Virus record (IMG/VR): IMGVR_UViG_3300021961_000069
From: an uncultured virus (IMG/VR IMGVR_UViG_3300021961_000069)
Lineage: Duplodnaviria; Heunggongvirae; Uroviricota; Caudoviricetes
Reading direction: 5' to 3' (one strand)
Length of the DNA: 20,000 nucleotides
Numbering within the stretch: the first letter of the stretch is position 1; each line of letters starts with the position of its first letter. Of this stretch, positions 17,023 through 20,000 are shown one piece after another. The translations under genes were made by a program, and so were the position numbers. The notes beneath the pieces were generated by a model. That model made no database searches. It saw only the letters and a program-made list of their open reading frames with translations, and was not told where the DNA came from.

Positions 17023-17047
17023 CAATCTGTTGAAATCAGTGTATAAT
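17019..17047 (+). promoter_or_regulatory. Perfect-consensus sigma70 promoter upstream of gp47
   Basis: TTGACA (17019-17024), 17 bp spacer, TATAAT (17042-17047), then AAGGAG RBS (17055-17060) and ATG 17066. The -35 overlaps the gp55 TGA stop. Confidence 0.88.
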
Positions 17048-17065
17048 AGCACAAAAGGAGAATAG

Positions 17066-18076
17066 ATGGCATTATTCAAGAAAGCCGCTTGCTTCACAGA
17101 TATCCATTTTGGATTGAAGTCTGGCAGTAGGATACACAATCAGGACTGTGAAGAATTCGTGCAATGGTTCTGCGACACCGCCAAGGCACAAGGTTGTGAA
17201 ACAGCGATATTCTTAGGCGATTGGCATCACAATCGTAGCACCACTGATGTATCCACTATGAACTATACCGTTAGCAATCTAGAGAAACTAAATGCTAACT
17301 TTGAAAAAGTATATTTCATCTTAGGCAATCACGATCTATTCTACAAAGACAAGCGTGAGATCAATTCCATAGAGTTTATGCGATTGTTTCCAAATGTCGT
17401 TCCGATCAAGGAGCCATTCACGGAAGGTGATGTGACATTCTTGCCGTGGTTAGTGGGTGAAGAATGGAAACAGGTTCCTAAGATTAAATCTAGATATGTG
17501 TTTGGACATTTTGAATTACCGTTATTCTATATGAACGCTATGGTACAGATGCCCGATCACGGTACATTACAAGGCGATCACTTTATTAATCAAGAGTATG
17601 TGTTCTCAGGACACTTCCATAAGCGACAGGCCAAAGGTAACATCACTTATATCGGTAATGCGTTTCCACACAATTACGCAGATGCAGGAGACGATGAACG
17701 AGGAATGATGATATTAGAGTGGGGTAGCAAGCCTGAATATCATACTTGGCCAGAGCAACCTGTATATCGTACCTATAAGTTAAGCCAAATCATAGACACT
17801 CCGGACGAGTTATTGAAACCTAAGATGCATTGTAGGGTTACTATCGATTTGCCTATCACATTCGAAGAGGCGAGTTTTATCAGAGAAAACTTTATGCCAC
17901 AGTATGATCTACGTGAGCTGATGTTGATACCTGAAAAAGTAGAACTAGAATCAAATGCGGCTCCGGTAGAGCTACAGTTTGAAAGCGTTGATACTATCGT
18001 TATGAATCAGATCAACGCTATCGAAAGCGATGCCTATGACAAAAACTTATTATTGGATATCTACAAAGATCTATGA
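17066..18076 (+). CDS. gp47: Recombination endonuclease subunit, gp47 / Mre11-SbcD-like metallophosphoesterase
   Basis: Phosphoesterase motifs TDIHFG, LGDWHH, LGNHD, FGHFE and SGHFH; ATGA overlap with the downstream Rad50-like gene. Confidence 0.93.
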   Translation: MALFKKAACFTDIHFGLKSGSRIHNQDCEEFVQWFCDTAKAQGCETAIFLGDWHHNRSTTDVSTMNYTVSNLEKLNANFEKVYFILGNHDLFYKDKREINSIEFMRLFPNVVPIKEPFTEGDVTFLPWLVGEEWKQVPKIKSRYVFGHFELPLFYMNAMVQMPDHGTLQGDHFINQEYVFSGHFHKRQAKGNITYIGNAFPHNYADAGDDERGMMILEWGSKPEYHTWPEQPVYRTYKLSQIIDTPDELLKPKMHCRVTIDLPITFEEASFIRENFMPQYDLRELMLIPEKVELESNAAPVELQFESVDTIVMNQINAIESDAYDKNLLLDIYKDL

Positions 18077-19851
18077 TTAAAATAAAAAATCTTACAGTTA
18101 GAAACTTTATGAGCGTGGGCAATCAAACCCAGGCTATCGATTTTGACAAGGGACAGTTAACGTTAGTGCTTGGCGAAAACTTAGACCTCGGCGGTGATGA
18201 CAGTGGCGCTAGGAATGGTACAGGTAAGACCACCATAATCAACGGATTGAGTTATGCAATATACGGCCAAGCACTAACAAATATCAAGAAAGACAACCTA
18301 GTTAATAAGATCAACAGCAAAGGAATGCTGGTAACAGTTACCTTTGAAAAAGATGGCGTTGAGTATCACGTTGAACGAGGACGCAAACCTAATGTATTAA
18401 AATTCAGTGTCAATGGTCAAGAGCAGGACGTGGAGGATCTAGACGAATCACAGGGCGATAGCCGAGAAACACAGAAAGCCATCGACGATATGATGGGTAT
18501 GAGCCACGATATGTTCAAACATCTAGTAGCATTGAACACCTATACCGAACCGTTTCTAGCAATGAAACCTACAGAACAGCGCAACATTATCGAGCAACTG
18601 TTAGGTATTACTTTATTGAGTGAAAAATCTGAAGCGTTAAAAGAGCAGATGAAGATTACCCGAGATGCTATCTCTACAGAAAACACTAAATTAGAAACTA
18701 TCAAAGCGTCCAACGAGAAAATCAAACAAAGCATAGAGTCTATAGAACGCAAACAGCGGATGTGGGATGAAAGCAAAGAGAAAACTATAGAAGATTTACT
18801 AAGAGCCAAAGAACTTTTGGCTAACATCGATATCGATAATGAAATTACAGCACAGAAACAACTAGTAGAATGGAACAAACAGAAACAAGAAAAGGATAAT
18901 CTCGATGGTTTGATAGCGAGACAATCTACAGCGTTAGATAAAGAACAAAAAACATTAGATAGATTAGAAAAAGAACTGATTAGCCTGAAAGAACACAAGT
19001 GTCACGCCTGCGGACAGGATATACACGATGATAAACACGACGATATGGTTACAGAGAAACAAAATCAAGTCGATGAAAGTGCTGTGGCTGTCAAAGAAGC
19101 AGAAGAAGAAATCACAGCACTACAAGAAGCGTTAGAATTAGTAGGAGAGCTAGGTAACTGTCCTAAGGTGGAATACGATAGTCTAGAACAGGCGCTAGAG
19201 CACCGTAGCACGCTGAGCAAGTTGGATCAGGATATAGAGGTTAAGGAGAAGGAAGAAAACCCTTACACGGAGCAGATTAAAGAATTAGAAGAATCAGCGG
19301 TACAGGAACTAGATTTCACAGCATTAAATGACTTGACTAGGGTAAAAGAACACCAAGAGTTCTTGTATAAATTGCTTACAAACAAAGATTCGTTTGTTAG
19401 AAAGCGCATCATCGATCAGAACTTACAGTTCTTGAATCAGCGTTTAACCTACTATCTCGCTAAGATTGGATTACCACATATAGTGGAGTTTAACAATGAT
19501 TTAACAGTGATAATTACACAGTTAGGACAGGACTTAGACTTCGATAATCTAAGCCGTGGTGAGCGAAATAGGCTCATACTATCTATGAGTTGGGCTTTCC
19601 GTGATGTTTGGGAAAACCTATACCACTCAATAAACTTATTATTCATTGACGAACTAGTAGATTCGGGCATGGACGCCAGCGGTGTTGAATCAAGTATCGC
19701 TGTGTTGAAGAAAATGACCCGAGAAAGAGATAAGAATGTGTTTTTGATCTCACACAGAGATGACTTAACCAGCCGTGTCAATCACGTATTGAAAGTTATC
19801 AAGGAGAACGGATTCACATCTTATAGCAACGATGTGGAAATTGTTGTATGA
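18073..19851 (+). CDS. gp46: Recombination endonuclease ATPase subunit, gp46 / Rad50-SbcC-like
   Basis: RNFMS N-terminus, Walker A ARNGTGKTT, coiled coils with zinc-hook CHAC, signature LSRGE, Walker B/D-loop LLFIDELVDSGMD and H-loop LISHR. Confidence 0.94.
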   Translation: MIKIKNLTVRNFMSVGNQTQAIDFDKGQLTLVLGENLDLGGDDSGARNGTGKTTIINGLSYAIYGQALTNIKKDNLVNKINSKGMLVTVTFEKDGVEYHVERGRKPNVLKFSVNGQEQDVEDLDESQGDSRETQKAIDDMMGMSHDMFKHLVALNTYTEPFLAMKPTEQRNIIEQLLGITLLSEKSEALKEQMKITRDAISTENTKLETIKASNEKIKQSIESIERKQRMWDESKEKTIEDLLRAKELLANIDIDNEITAQKQLVEWNKQKQEKDNLDGLIARQSTALDKEQKTLDRLEKELISLKEHKCHACGQDIHDDKHDDMVTEKQNQVDESAVAVKEAEEEITALQEALELVGELGNCPKVEYDSLEQALEHRSTLSKLDQDIEVKEKEENPYTEQIKELEESAVQELDFTALNDLTRVKEHQEFLYKLLTNKDSFVRKRIIDQNLQFLNQRLTYYLAKIGLPHIVEFNNDLTVIITQLGQDLDFDNLSRGERNRLILSMSWAFRDVWENLYHSINLLFIDELVDSGMDASGVESSIAVLKKMTRERDKNVFLISHRDDLTSRVNHVLKVIKENGFTSYSNDVEIVV

Positions 19852-20000
19852 CAGAAGCACATGACAAAATGATTGAAGCGTTCCAAGAGTACTTTAAGTG
19901 GCAGGAACGTTTTGAATTCCACGGATCGGATGAGGCAGGCATCAAGGCACGCTATTGGTTATCAGAAATACGTAACCACGCAAGCACAAGGCGAAAAGAA
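19848..20000 (+). CDS. Small helical protein, possibly histone H1-like Hc1 family (3'-truncated)
   Basis: ATGA overlap with the gp46 stop; open for 51 codons to the edge: MTEAHDKMIEAFQEYFKWQERFEFHGSDEAGIKARYWLSEIRNHASTRRKE. Resembles the G.kaAg.rARk.l.el......Rk pattern of short Hc1-like proteins. Confidence 0.6.
   Translation, partial: MTEAHDKMIEAFQEYFKWQERFEFHGSDEAGIKARYWLSEIRNHASTRRKE

Noticed and set aside
16830..19781. Minus-strand ORFs 16830-17072, 16909-17139, 18540-18998 and 19452-19781
   Set aside because: Antisense to gp55/gp47/gp46; the Ser/Leu/Phe-rich composition simply mirrors Glu/Lys-rich sense codons.
17066..19851. Cellular sbcCD or an SMC-based defence system
   Set aside because: The short coiled coil and the gp55-gp47-gp46 order fit the ordinary T4-type recombination nuclease.
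1..20000. Stop-codon reassignment, introns, inteins, tRNAs, CRISPR arrays or DGR-type nucleotide repeats
   Set aside because: Genes are long, intact and abutting in the standard code and end in TAA/TGA. Intergenic gaps are at most 76 bp, and no near-identical nucleotide repeats or intein motifs were seen.

Overview
This window is a densely coded, AT-rich segment of a large contractile-tailed (T4-related, probably jumbo) bacteriophage genome; ORFs read cleanly in the standard bacterial code. The minus strand (16091 to 1) carries a tightly coupled baseplate operon: putative tube initiator, gp53/LysM-like wedge protein, putative hub, gp5-like spike without lysozyme, gp25, an enlarged gp6, and a giant virion protein of more than 2268 aa. 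That giant gene runs off the left edge and is missing from the supplied ORF track. The plus strand (16168 onward) carries a gp55-like late sigma factor with a large insertion, the gp47/gp46 (Mre11/Rad50-like) nuclease pair, and a truncated small Hc1-like gene. The most notable points are the extra basic domain in the late sigma factor, overlapping divergent late and host-type promoters in a 76-bp gap, and the nested modules of the giant protein. No RNA genes, CRISPR arrays, introns, inteins or mobile elements were seen. All homology calls come from motifs recognised by eye, not database searches.
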